Below are positions 30,071 to 43,251 of a DNA stretch of 64,000 nucleotides, in pieces. Both the position numbers and the translations under genes were made by a program. The DNA is taken from assembly GCF_009914755.1 (NCBI RefSeq), contig NC_060941.1; one strand, given 5' to 3'. Numbering within the stretch: position 1 is the first letter of the stretch; every line of letters starts with the position of its first letter. The stretch is from the human T2T-CHM13v2.0 reference genome, Homo sapiens. The notes under the pieces are model-generated. The model saw nothing but the letters and a program-made list of their open reading frames with translations, was not told where the DNA came from and searched no databases.

Positions 30071-31704
30071 CCTGTTCTTTACAGATGTGCAAACTGAGGC
30101 CTAGAGAGCAGGTTGCCTAGATCCACACAGCTAATTGGCAGCAGAATCAGGATCAGAGAAGCTAATCAGGCATCCTGACTCCTATATACCTCTCTGACAT
30201 GTTTGTCAAATGAGCAAATAAAAGGTTGATCCTCTTTTGGAGGCATCTGTCTGCAGAGACCAGCTACCCCACCCCCTCTCCCACTCCTACGTTTTCATAT
30301 TATTTTCATCAGAGGCTAGACAGGCTGGCATCTTGACCCTGATCCTCCAGGCTTCCCATCCTGAAGGCCTCAGGGTTCACAGGGCAAACACACAGTTCCC
30401 AGGTAAAAAAAACTGTCCACCACGTCTGGAGCCTCCAAGAGTAACAGAGCAGCTGCTGCTCCATGGCCATACGGAGCGTGTCAGTGAATGTTAGTGTACT
30501 CCCCAGAGCAGGGGTGGAGGAGTGTGCATGTGTGTGTGCAAATGTGCACATGCACACAAATGCACATTTCAGGAGGAGACTGGGCAGAACAGTCTCCTGC
30601 ATGTGGGCACACATCCTTCTGGGAACATCAGCACTTGGCAGTGAGAGTACCAACATGTGTACACATACATATCCACATGTGGGGTGAGACGCATGTTGCT
30701 GTTAGCATCCGTCTATGCAGGAGGGTAGGTAAGTGTGTGAGAAAATGTGTAAATGTAACAAAGACTTTGAAAAGCGGCCTGTGTGTGCTGCTACATGTAT
30801 CTAGAATCGTGTACCAGTACAGAAATCTGAATCTACATTTCTAAAATCTACATTTACACTTACCTGTGAAGGCATATATACGAAAATATGTACATGGCTG
30901 GCTGGCCATGTGACTAAGTGTGACTGGCAGTCTGTGTTTGCAGGATGCAGGTTTATGTGAGAGAGAAAGGTTTCTGCTGTTTCTATCACACTTCCCCTAA
31001 GTAATCACTGGGAAACATATATGTTGGAAAACTGTATCTTTCATGCTTAAATATATCTCAGCATATATAAATGAAACATGATACTGTGCCAACTGAGATG
31101 CTACACATTAACGTTGTTTATCATTGATAGAATTAAATAACCCATGCAAGGCCCTGGTAGCATTTCTTACAATTTTATTTAACACTGTTTTGGCCAAGCA
31201 GCACTTGGCAAACACACATACACACTGTGGCTTACTGTAACAAATGCACGATTTGTAGGACATAATACACAATACAAGAAAAGTATAACAAAAGAGTGTC
31301 ATCTAAAAATTCCAAATGACCCCCATCTTTCTTTGGGGCTCATCTTATTCCCCTTCCTTCCCTAAACCTGACGAAAACCCATCCCTTCACACTTCCCTAG
31401 GAGGTCTCTGCATTCGTGCTAAAGACAGATAAAGTGGAGGGTGAGGATTTGAGGTGGGGGAAGAGATAACACTCCAAGACCTGGTCTCTGGAATGTGTCT
31501 ACTCCTCCCCAGTCTGTCAGAGGCAGGCCCAAGCCCCAGCATGTGTTAAAACTGAGAGACCAAAGAAAGCATTTTTGTATAGGTTCTGCAGACCCTCAAC
31601 ATTGACTGACATAGTTACTCATTCAGAAGGAGGAAAAGGAGCTTCGTACTTATCAGATTGGTAAATCCTTCATTAAAAGATTAATATAAATAGTTCCTTG
31701 CTTT

Positions 31705-31865
31705 TATTTCTTTCTTTCTTTCTTTTTCTTTTTTTTTTTTTTTTTTTTTCGAGATGGGGTCTCACTCTGTCACCCAAGCTGGAAGGCAGTGAGTGGCATG
31801 GTTCTCAGCTCACTGCAATCTTTGCCTCCTGGACTCAAGTGACCTCCCACCTCAGCCTCTCGCCC
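31705..31865 (-). mobile_element. partial Alu (right arm)
   Basis: T tract followed by GAGATGGGGTCTCACTCTGTCACCC. Confidence 0.85.
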
Positions 31866-32289
31866 ACTTTTCTTTCTTATGGGGAAACTATATCCTTCCT
31901 GGAGCCTAAATGAGAACAACCTTGCACACAGTTACAGGCTTGCCAGCTCACCTTTCAAAATGCATGCTGGTCAATGGACTAGAATGTTAGCTAAATTATG
32001 AATGGCCTGAGGGAAAAGAAAAACTAAGAGCTGGGAAGCTGGGCTCTTCATCTACACGACCAAACTTGAACATGAGCAAGATGGTAGGACCACCAATAAC
32101 CATCCTACAAGCTGAAAATGCAAAATGCTTCCTTCCTTACCAGCCACTGGGCAGTGAAAAGAAATCACATTTAGTCCCCTGAATAGATGGCACTTGTAGA
32201 TCTTTTCAAACTTGCCAAGGACTTCTTCATCTCCCAAGAGTCAGGCCAAGATCCCACAGGGAACCTCAAAACTCTGTTCCCTAGGATCT

Positions 32290-32452
32290 GTATTTTTGTT
32301 TTTGTTTTTTAAATTTTTTTTTAAGTTTTTATTTTTGGAGATGAGGTCTCACTATGTTGGCCAGGCTGGCCTCGAACTCCTAGCCTCAAGCAATCCTCCC
32401 ATCTTGATCTCCCAAAGTGCTGGGATTACAGGCCTGAGCCAAGGTGCCCGGT
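32290..32452 (-). mobile_element. FLAM/Alu monomer with TSD
   Basis: antisense left-arm monomer flanked by TCCCTAGGATC(T/C)GT on both sides. Confidence 0.88.
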
Positions 32453-32960
32453 CCCTAGGATCCGTTTTTAACCATCCCTGGGCTTCATTTTGGCACGGCA
32501 GTACCAAGATTGAGACAAGAAACTCTTCCCTATGCTTGCTTTCCTGTGTTCTAAGTTTCTCTCGCTACTTTTTCTCCTATGGAGACCCCTTAGGACTGTA
32601 AAATAAAGGAGGCCAAGTCCAATTTAAACAGCAATTGGACTTAACTCCACCCCTGTGCCCCAAATCCTCTGCCACTACCAACGAAGCAGTCATCAGAACT
32701 GTCTTTTTAGACAGCCCCCGGCCCCTCTTCAAGGACGGGCAGGGCTATCAGCCAACCTGTTTGGGAGACAGCTGAATGTCAGCACCAGAAAGTATTGTAT
32801 CATCTTCGCACCGCTGGAGTCAGGAAGTGGGGTCTCCAGAGCCTGGTGCCAGGGCCTGTCTCCTGAGTGAATACAGAAGGAAAAAAAGTTTCCTAACATT
32901 TGGATTCAAAGTGAGAACGGTGAGTGGCACCCATCATCACTGTGCGTGCAACCCCAACAA

Positions 32961-32975
32961 ACACACACGCGCGCG

Positions 32976-33010
<35 letters not shown>
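32961..33010. repeat. (AC)n(GC)n(AC)n tract
   Basis: direct reading. Confidence 0.95.
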
Positions 33011-36000
33011 TGTCCATGCAGACAAAATCATGAATCATCTCCATGGCTGAACGTTTTAGCGTTCAGTAATATTCTCAGAGGCCCAAGGTTTTCAGCCAAA
33101 TCCCAGGTCTGTGCACAAGGACACTGCATAAATCCCTCCCCTTATGAAAGGCCAGTCTGAGCAGATGGGACCACTCTTAAGTAAACTGTAGAGCCCTCCC
33201 TTCATCCATCGCGGAAGGAGCAGCGGGGGGGCTGGCCCTCTCAGCCCCGAGAGCAGAGAGCGGCAGAAGCTGTTAATTCTTGAGGCTAATGTTCACATCT
33301 CCAACTTATCTCTCCGAGGGGAAGTGTCCATTTGACCACATGATCCTCCCTCCCCTACCCTCCCCCAAGGGGAAATCAAATCTTGAAGTGAGACCGGAAG
33401 AGCTGCTGCGGAACGTGAGCACGGGAGAGCTGGTGGGGGTAGAAGGCGGTGAGGGGCCGAAAGGCTCCTCAAACCCAGTTTCTTTCCATGCTAAGGCTGG
33501 GGAAATAACCTCATGGCAACTACACTTTCCGATAACCCGCCTCATTAATATTTATTAAACAAAAGATTATTTTTTAAAGAAGAAAGGGCCAGATAATTAA
33601 ACACTCAGCGGAGGTAGATGGCATCAGTTGGGCTTCCTCCACCCTGTTCTTGGTGTGGCCCCCACCCGCAGCCTAAGCCGAATGTGTACCTTGTACCATC
33701 AACCTCCCCAGCCCCTGCTCATCTCCCCAGGTGTGTCAGGAAGACACAAGGCAGGTGGAAAGAGAAAGAGACAGACTCGGGCACCCCAGGTGCTCACCAG
33801 GAAATGCACAGACTGTGAAATTACACCAGGGCTGGACAACTTACCACCACACTGGAACCCTTGGGGTACTGAAATAATTAACTTGCTAATCAGCTACACC
33901 TTGCTCTTTCTTTCTTCCTGGAAAAAAACAATTGCAAATCGCCTTCCCATCAGGTTCCCATGTCAGTCACTTGGAGACCAACAATGCTTTTGAAGAAATA
34001 CACTCTCTGCCGCCATGTAGACCAAAATGGGTCATACCAAGTCAGGCCTCCTCCTCCCCAACCCTTCCCACTAGGCCTCAGGGGGCACACAGAGACACAA
34101 TGTTTCTGGAGATGCAGGGTTTTTTTTTTCCCTCCCACTGCACAGAGCTTTTCCATGTCCGCTAAGCTTTCTTGCTTTCAGCCCCCTTTAGCCTGCTTGC
34201 TGGCACTAAACAGCCAAGATCCATGTGGAGAAAAGAGGATTGATTAGAATTGCAATAATGATCCCTGGCATCTGTCCGGTGTTAGTGTTCACAAAGTGTT
34301 TTCACACATTATCTCATTCGGCCAGAGGAGGTCGGAGCTGGAAGGGACCTCAGTAATCATTTAGCCGAATCCCCTCATGTTACAGATGAGAAAACTGAGG
34401 CCCGGAAAGGCTAAACGTCTTCCCTAATGGCCAGGGACAGTGTAGCCAAGTCTCCAAGCTCCTTGTCTAGGAATCCTGTGCTGCTTCCAACCCTCTGAAA
34501 AGAAAGAGCGTGGTCACGTTTTTGCGCCACAGTAGATATTAAACAAGTAGATATTAATCCAAAAATGAGAAAAGTAGAACATGAGAATGAATAAAAGCAA
34601 CTCCTGTAAGAAATGGCTTGGGTTGGGGGGCGGCTGGAAGTGGGGAAGACAATTAGTCTAAGTCCTGAATGGAACACGTTAATTAACAAAGTTCCCCCTC
34701 TTTTTGTCCCCCTTCATCTCTCCACTTCTCTCCAGGTTTAAAAATATGAACATTATGCAGTTTGGAATCTAAGGCTTAATTCAGCTGCAGGTCCCGGGAG
34801 GAGAGGGAGTCTTTTCTTGGCTTCAGATCTGGCACCTATGCTCCCAAGGGTTGGCAGCATGACGGGCTTGTGTGTGCCTCTGTGTCCACTCAAGACGTTG
34901 GATTTAGCAGTGAAAACCAGGCATCTTGATCCTTTCACAGATCAGATGATTTGCAAATTAATGGCTCTTTTCCCCCAAGGCTCTGAGGAGGTTAAAAAAG
35001 ATTTCTGGTGAAGGGGGGTGGAAAAATATAAAACGGGGAAAGGAAAGGAAACTGACATTGGATTTTGTGTCAGGAAAATACTTCCCTGTGAATGGCGCTT
35101 GTGTGCGTGGACATGGGTGTCTGCATTTCCATGGGGCTGTCGTGCCCCTGTTGCCCGAGGCTGTTGGAAGGTAAGCGGTTCCTTTGTGTGTTCGTTTATT
35201 ACTAAGCCCAACTCTTTCCCCTCTAAAACTCCTTCTTCTCCCTGTTGAGCTGACCATGCTTCTGGATTTATGAAGAGAGATGTTTTAGCAGAAATCCCCC
35301 AGAGTGTCCCATCAGCCCTAAATCCCAGGCCCGCTCACCCCCACAAGACCCCATGACACACAGCATGCCAACACGGCTTCCTCTTGCCTATGCATTAGCC
35401 ATCCATTGTGGCAACCTGACATCTCTCACACATAAAACCGTAAGAGAGAAATAAAATATCTGTCTCTTGGCGAAAATAAAGCTTTGCCTCCCTCCTGATG
35501 TATAGGATATAAAATAAAGCCTCGGCTCCAATAGTGGGTTTTCCTTATGCCAGAGTTGCCTTTGCACACACGGAGACAATGAAGACGGATGGTTTGGGAC
35601 GAGGCCCAGCCTCCTGGGGCCGCCTTCACCCTCTTTTATTATAGTCTCTCCCCCCTCCCTGCCTTTTTCTTTCTTCTTCACTTTCTTTCCTTTCTGGGTT
35701 GGATTTGCCTTTTATATGCCCTTCTCTTTCTTTCCCCTGGAACTTTATTTCTCCTGCTCACTTTCTTTCTATAGCTTGACAGAGATGGTGGGAAAGGAAC
35801 CAAGTTTCTCACCTTCCCAAACATGCCTGCCACCTCTCCTCACCTCCCCATCTCCGATCCCCAGCTCTCTCTGGACCACCAGCCCCTCTGACTCATTTTG
35901 CTGCTGCTGCTTTGAGATTTGCTTTGGTCAAATGTACAAATGTTCCCAAGGGACAATTAAAAATGTGTTTAGTGGTGGGGAGGGGGTGGATTTTTTTCTA

Positions 36001-39000
36001 GGGAGCTGCCCTTCCTCCCTCCTTTTTCTCTCTGGGCTGGGTGGTTTATAGATCTCAGCATTTCTTTATTTAGCCTCTGAGGAGGCCAACAGAGCAAAGC
36101 TGCCACCTCACAGGGGTGAGAGTTGACATTCACCTCCCAAACCTAAGCCTCAAAGCTGCATTACCAGACAGACTGTGGGCGTTGGACCCCTTCCAGCCAA
36201 CTCAGCTACCAAGGGGACCATCAAGTCCCAGACCAGTCCCCTGCCTCTTCTCCCCAGTCTAAGAACTGAGGGTGCTGTGAGGGAACATAGGGGGCTTCCC
36301 CATGCTCACACAGAGAGACCAGAACTGTCACCCTCACAGTCACAGAGACATGACCACCTTCCTGCCTCTCACACACTTGGCGCTCCTTCCCACAGTGCAT
36401 AGAGCCCACCTTTCCCTCCTTTGTCCCTAGAGGCCTCTCTCTTGCCTGGTGGCAACTGCGCCTCTCTGCACCTCTGTGTCTCTCAACCCAAGTCTGAGGA
36501 AGGTTGTCTCTGGAAGCCTCTCCCCATCCTTGCCCTGACCTCCCACCACTCTCCTTCCATCAACCCCAGACTGCTTCTCAGCCCGTTCAAAACCTCACCT
36601 GCCTTAGGGGACTGCGGGACACCGCCCAGGTCCTTGGAAGAGTTAGTACTGCCTGAAAGAAGAGGGTGCAGGGTCTGGGCCCCTGGGGGAACAACATGGG
36701 AGGGGGAGCTGGTATTGCAGGGAGGTAAGAAATGTCCCAGGGACAGGGGTGGCTTTCAGCCTCTGAAACTGATCTCCCAAGGTGGAGGGCGGTAGAAGGG
36801 CTTCAGTGTGTGTAACCACATCACCCTAATCTGAGGAGATCTTTATTAATGCTGCCCAAAACCTGGAGGGGGAAGGAAGGCAGCAATATCTATGGAACTC
36901 TGCCCAAAAGTGGAGGTGGGGGCAGGGCTTAGAGCTGCCAAGTCCAGAAAAAACTCAATCTCAGTCCCAAAGGTCGTTAGCTTTGGGGTTCTCTCTCTCT
37001 GTCTCCCCCAACTTGATGTCTCTCCAGATATCGGCAGTGACCGCCGCCATTAGGTAAGGGGAGAGAGTCAATTAGTGAGAGGATTAATTACTGTGAGGCA
37101 CGAGCCCCGTTTGTCTTCCTTACTGGGTGTTCAGACAGAGGAACACGGGCACGCACCCAAATACACATTGTTGTCACGCCGTCTTAGACGTTTTATTTAT
37201 TTGTTGGATTCCTGCCCAGAGCCGCTTTTCCACGGGCGCAGAGTCTCCCACCAAACACGCTGCCTCTTTCTCTCAGCACGCACTCGCCTGTCCCAAAGCC
37301 GCACACCCCCAGACCCGCGGGACGCCCCCTCCGTGCCTGCAGGGCCCTCGGCTCCGCGCCCGTCCCCGCGGCCTTCTTCGTGGCAGGGTCTCTCTCTGGG
37401 TCTAATTTCTGTTTCTTTTCCTCCACTTCTCCCCGCATTTCCCCGACAGATCTTTCCTTTCTTTATCCCCGCCTGCTTTTCCGCACTCCGTCTCATCTTT
37501 TCTGTGGTTTTCTGCCTTTATTTTCTTTTCCTGTCCCTCTCTCCTCACTTCTGCCTCTATCTCTCTTTTCTGTTCTTCAGCTCAGCGTCTCCCTCCCAAG
37601 ATTATCCACGTCCTGTCTTTGCTCCGCGGCGCGGAGCTGACTCGCAACTGGAATCTCCACGCTTGACCTCGCTGTTCCACCCGCTCCCTGCCCCACCCCA
37701 CGCCCCTGCCCCCCCTCCCCCACGCCCCTGCCCCATGCCCAGGGTCCCTCCAGCGCTCGTGGGAAGCCAGAGTTGTTTACCCAGGCCAGGCACATACCGT
37801 GACGCCCCGGCCTGCCGGATGCTGCCCTTTCCTGGCCCTGCGGTCCCTGCTCCCCCTTAACCAGCCCAAGCCCCCCTTGCTTATAAAACATGGCCAGGCG
37901 CAAAGTGCACACTGGAGCAAGGTGCCAAGCTCCCCACCCAACTTCTCACCTTAAATAGTGCTCTGACCTAGGGATCTCGGACAAGCCTCCTAACTTGGGC
38001 CTCCTGGCCGGGAAAGTGGAGATAGTACCCTTCTCTTCCACCCCCCACCACCCTCTTGCTATACGGTTCAGGGGAGACCGTGATACAAGCTGTGAAGTAC
38101 TGCACACGAGTAGATCATTTCCATGAGAGAGTGATGGGTGAGATTAAGGCAATTTGAGTCCGGAGAGAACTAGACGGGAAGGAGAGGCGGGAGACCTTGG
38201 CGCTCAGATCCGAGCGACCTTATCCACGCAGTTCCCTGCGTGGCATTACTGCGGCCTCACCGAGTCTGGGCGGAGTTTGCGTGGCCTCTGGGACCGGCAG
38301 AGTCCAGGGGTGCTCCGGGCTGGCTATTTCCTCCCTCCTCCGGGATGGGTGTAGCAGGGTGTGTACTCCGCATGGGGTAACCTCCTAGAGCCGGCTACGC
38401 CCCAGGCGCCTCCTTTCACGGCCTTGTCACTCTTTTCTGCTCCTTGGGCTGTTCTGGAACCGAAGAGAGAGGAGGGAAATGGCTAGGGGCGGCCATCATC
38501 CTCGGGATCAATAGCAGCCGAGAGTGACTGGGCAGGCTCTGTCCATGGGCCGAGCGTCATTCTGGAACCTGGAGGGGGCGGGGGCGGGGGAAGGAAGGGA
38601 AGTGGAAGTTTGAGAGGGGCACCTTCAGGCTCCCCAAACTGCATGGCAGCTGGAGAGGGCTGACAGAACCCTCTCCAACCCGGGTTCTGACCAGGGTCCC
38701 TCTGGGGCTGATCGTCAAGGAGCTTCTCAAGAAAAGAAACCTGGACTGTGAAAGTCACCTCCTAGGCCCTCTGGGGCCGTATCCGGGGGTGCCTGGGAGG
38801 AGGGTGGAAAGGATTCTGCAGTCACCGAGCTATGGGCGAAAATGATCCCCGCGGACCCTGGTCCAGAATGTACAGGTCCTGGGCGGTGTAAGTGGCTGTG
38901 GGTCTGTGGAGGACATTGGGTAGGAAAACGCTTGCGTAGTTGAGGATGCAGACAATAAATGTGGCCGGGAAGGTGAGGAGGGAAGGTTGGTGCTCTTCGC

Positions 39001-41619
39001 TGAACGGAACTGGCTTAAATGCAGAGCTGAGCTGAGCGGCTTCGGAGAAGGCGAATTTAGAAAGCCTGGTCAATTTTCTCTCCATGTCCCTGCGACCGAT
39101 TATGTTTTAAAACAAAAGCTCAATGGAAACGAAAACAAAACAAAACCCACCATTTGTCTAATGTGCTGTCCCCGTGGAGGAGTTAAATCTGGACTCCAAA
39201 CCTAGAATCTCGAGCCAAGAGGCGCACTTTGAGTTGCGCTCCTGGCCCCCCTTGCAGAGACGCCAGGGTTGGCTCCTGCGGACCTGTTTACTGAGCCATC
39301 TGGACACCAGGACGAGCGGAGCCTGACGCCCTAGAGCGAGCGTCCTGTCCTCATCCTCAACTCTCCTGCCTCGCTGGTCCGTCTGTGGGGAGGGGCCTTC
39401 TTTCCCCTATACCTAGGTCCCAAGGTTCTTACACCCCTAAATGGATGGAGCAACCTCCTCCTGCCCACCAGAGGGAGGTGACAGGCCCTGGGTTGGGGAA
39501 GGGCCGACAGCTAGGTCCAGCTGTCGTCCGGTAGGTCCCACTGACCGCCCCACACTCCACCGTGACCCCTCTGCTTTGCATGAGAAGGAGCCCAGCTGGG
39601 ACGGGGGCGGAGGCAAGCCACCCGGGACTGGGGCCACTATAGATTCCAGAAAGGGGCGGTTGGGTCGAGGGCGCTGGCGGCGAGAACCGGGACAGCTGCG
39701 GGGAGGGGAGGAGTGTGAGGACAGCAGGGCTGGACTGGCCCCCTCCCCGCAGGCCTCACGCAGCGCAGCAGGCTGGGAGGCGCCTGGGGGTCCGGGTGGA
39801 AGAAGTGGGGACCCCATGCCACACGGCTTTTGGCGCTTGCGGGGGTGCCAGAAGCCTACCGAGTACCGGTCGTCTTCCGCCGGGAAGTGCCGGGTCCGCA
39901 GGAGGAGCGCGAAGCCGAGTCCGAGCCCGCGGAGCCCGCCCCCTAGATCGCAGAACCGCCTTCTCCATCCTCTGCCCTGCCCCGCGTCGGGGTCTGGGAG
40001 CGACCGGCGGAGGCCGGCGGCGCGCCGGAGCTGACTAGTCCCCTACGCTCCTCCGGCCCGCAGCGGGGAGCCCACATGTGTATGTGCAAGAAGGTGTGGA
40101 GAAGGCGTTAGGGTCCCGGCACCCACGGGTCAGGGCAGAACGCCAACGAGTCGCACTGCGGGTCTCCGCGGCTTCGGTTTCCATGACATGGTGACGCCGG
40201 CGGCAAGGCGGGGGGCTGCCTGTGGGCCTTGAGGTTGCTGGGCGGTGCGGGCGGAGTCAGCAAAGGGGCGTTGGCAAAGCCCTAAAACCCCACGGTTCCA
40301 CGGAGCGCAAGCCAGATTCTCTGAAGCAGCTTCCCCGTTCGTCCGAAGAGGGTATTCCATCTGCACAGCGGGATTCCCTGCCAGCCCAGGTTCACTGCGA
40401 CTCCGCTTCCCCGAGCATTTCCCCCGTTTCAGCTTCCGTCTGGTCTGCGCATCGCGAGTGGGGTCCAAAGGCCAATTCCACAATACCAGCCAGCTCCGGA
40501 GGGACGCCCACTATCACTGCCTTCCATGCTCGGGCCAAATGAGCCTTCCTAGCACCCCCTCCCCCGAAGCACAAAAACGGGGAGCAAAAGTGGGACCGCC
40601 CAGCCCAACCACCTTCAGACTCCACTTCAGGAGAAATCCTGGTTAAGCCCACCCAGAACAGGTGTGGTCGAAACGGAATTTAGGGTTTGACTTGAGTGCT
40701 CCGAAAAACTACAGTAACTCTTCCAGGCGAAGGCACTCTAGACCAGGATCTGTCCCCCACGTGTGGGAAAATAGGCCCCTGGGGGCGGCGGTCCCGAGTT
40801 CCTAGCCAGAGCGGGATTAGGGAGTTACGGGTTCCCTGAGGAGTGAACTATGGAGGGTGTGGTTTGCTGTTGTCTGGGGAAGCCGGTGCCAACCCGAAGC
40901 CTGGACAGGGGAGGACTGGAATCCCGGCACACGCTGCCCATGCACTGCACGCCCATCTACTGCAGCCTCTTCGTGGCGTCCCGGCACCCCCCCTCCTCCT
41001 TCCCTCTTCCCAACGCCACGACCACCACCCCCAGCCGCCGCTGGAGCCCCCGGTTTCCCGCCTAGTCGTTTGTTTTTGTACGTAAAAGGTGTCTCCGGAT
41101 CACAGTTTTCTCACAACTTTCTCGCCAGGGTTGCAACTCCTCACCCGAGGCGCTTCCCGGTCCACTCCTTCCCCCGCGCCGGCGCCGCGCCTCCGGTCTC
41201 CCCGCCCCCATCAGGAAACCGCCCGAATCAACTTTGCAAGAGTGCTCTGCGGGAGACAGACACTCAGCTCGCCCAGGACCCGGACCCTGTGGACTTTGGA
41301 TGGATTGGGGGAGGGGGCACAGAAAGAGGGACGGGAGGAGGGAGATTCTGCTGCTAAGAGCCTCCTCCCCCTCCAAAGATGTGCGCTGCGCTTGGGACAA
41401 ACTTCCAGGTCAAGAAAGTACGGGGGGACAATGGCAACAGCCGCTGAATTGCAAAGCCCAGCAGTGCAGGGGAGCCGCCTGGGATTCCGGACCCGGCTGC
41501 ACCCCAACCTTCCACAAGGCTCGGTCTTGGACTACCCCCACTCTACAGCAGAACTCTGGCCTCCGCCTGCGCCTATTCCCGCTCTCTCTCTGTCCCTCCC
41601 ATCGAAACCCACGCCTTAC

Positions 41620-41715
41620 CGGAGCAGGAGGGGGCCCAGGCACGGTGCTGCCCGCCGTCCGCGCCGCGCGGGGCCGCGGGTGCCGCCGCCACTGATCCTC
41701 TAAACGCGGTCTCCC
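41620..41715 (-). ncRNA. LHX1-DT: candidate first exon of the divergent lncRNA LHX1-DT
   Basis: strong minus-strand donor CCG|GTAAGG (intron starts 41619), ~150 nt from the promoter motifs; a divergent transcript is known at this locus; start coordinate approximate and downstream exons not determined. Confidence 0.45.
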
Positions 41716-41759
41716 CGCACTCTCCCGGGCCGGGGGATGCAGAATGGTTTACAGAGGGA

Positions 41760-41840
41760 CCGCGAGGCGCTGATTGGTCGCAGGCCGCAGTGACGTCGGC
41801 GGGCGCTGCATTAAGGCGAGGGGGCTTCCAGAGCTCAGCC
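41760..41840. promoter_or_regulatory. LHX1 core promoter, probably bidirectional
   Basis: reverse CCAAT box (ATTGG 41773-41777), CRE-like TGACGTC (41791-41797), GC-box-like GGCGGGCG and CATTAAG (~41809) inside a CpG island. Confidence 0.65.
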
Positions 41841-43251
41841 AACAGCCAGGAGCAGTGACCAAGCCGCCGGAGCTGGGGAGAGACGCACCGGGGCGGCGAC
41901 TGGGCCAGGAGACCAGGGACTGAGGGACGCGCCCGGGGAGGGCCAGCAACAAGCCGCGGCCCGGGCGCGACAGCGGCGGTCCGCGCCGAGCCGTTCCAGC
42001 CGCCGGCCTACTGTAGCCGCTGCGCCAGGACATTTTTTTTTAAAGCTCTCCAAGCTGCCCCCCTCCTCCCCGACTCCTCCCGCTGCAAAAGAAAAACAAA
42101 AAAAAAAAAGGAAGGAGGCTAGAAAGGAAACCCAGATTTGCCACCACAACGAAAAAAAGAAGGGGAAAAGGAAAAGGAGAGAAAGTCGAGCGACTGTGGG
42201 GTTAGACGGAGGCAGACAGAGCGTGGGCCGAGCGATGCGGGGCTGTGCGCCCAGGCGGCCGCGAGTTGTGACTGGAGCCACGATGCACGGCCAGGCGCGG
42301 TGAGAAGCCAGCCCGTAGTGCCTCCCGAAGGAGCCCGGGCGCAGGGAGGGTCGCCCTGAGGACACGGAGGCCGCCAGGCAGGCCAAGGGCCGAGGTGACT
42401 GGGCTGGGGCGGTAGGGAAGGAGCGAGTGCGCCTGGCTGCCTCCGCACGGAGTTGTCCCTCTCTGTTTTCGATTGACACAAACACTTCTCCAAAAGCGGG
42501 GAAACCTAAGCAACAACAGCAATCAACACCAAGATCTTCCTCCTACCCTCCCCTCTTTCCCTTCTCCCGCGGTCGGCCCTCGCCCCCTCCCCCAGGCCCA
42601 GCGCGGGCGCTCGGCGCGTCCAGACCCGCGGCGCGATGCCGGCAGTTTAGGATCCAAAGCTTCTCTGCTCCTTTTGTTCTTTCCTTCCCTTTTTTAAAAA
42701 AAGAGGGGGGAAATCCCAGTGGTGGGCAGCCTGGCACGCACACAGTCGCCCTCATACCCCGACAAAAGCAGATGCACTTTGACTTCTGACAGCTCTACCT
42801 CAAGCCCCGGAGAACTCAGCGGCGCTTTCCTCGCAACCCGAGCTCGGCGAGTCGTCGTCTTCTTCTTCTCCGTTTTTATTTATTTATTTCCGTTCCCGCC
42901 GCCGTTCTCGCTGACCTTCACTCCTCCGCGGGCTCTGAGCAGAAGGGTCGCATTCTCTCCCGCCTGAGACTTCTTTTCCTCGCCCCGGGAGCTCAGGCGG
43001 CGCCGCTCCAGCCCGGGGCCCCGGGACTCCCCGGCTGCACACTTCACTGAGACGCCCCCCCAGGCCCCGATCAGCCTCGTTTCCTCCACCCTACTTTGAT
43101 TTCCTGGTGCGAGTTTTGGCTTGCACGGCCGAGTGTGTGTCCTCTTTTTGGAGAGACTGGGGAGCTCGTGCCGATTGTCTTCAGGAGTCATCCCCTGGGC
43201 TCTACTTTGCCCCTCTCTCTCTCTGGGCCTCATCAGACCAAACCAAAGACC
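41839..43251 (+). other. LHX1: LHX1 5'UTR (long, GC-rich; TSS position approximate)
   Basis: promoter motifs lie just upstream (41773-41815); TSS inferred from these and from recollection of a ~1.6 kb first exon, not measured. Confidence 0.6.

Noticed and set aside
37075-42500. Long ORFs in the upstream CpG-rich region (261, 197, 204 and 216 aa)
   Set aside because: Expected from stop-codon scarcity at high GC; Pro/Arg/Gly-rich with no domains
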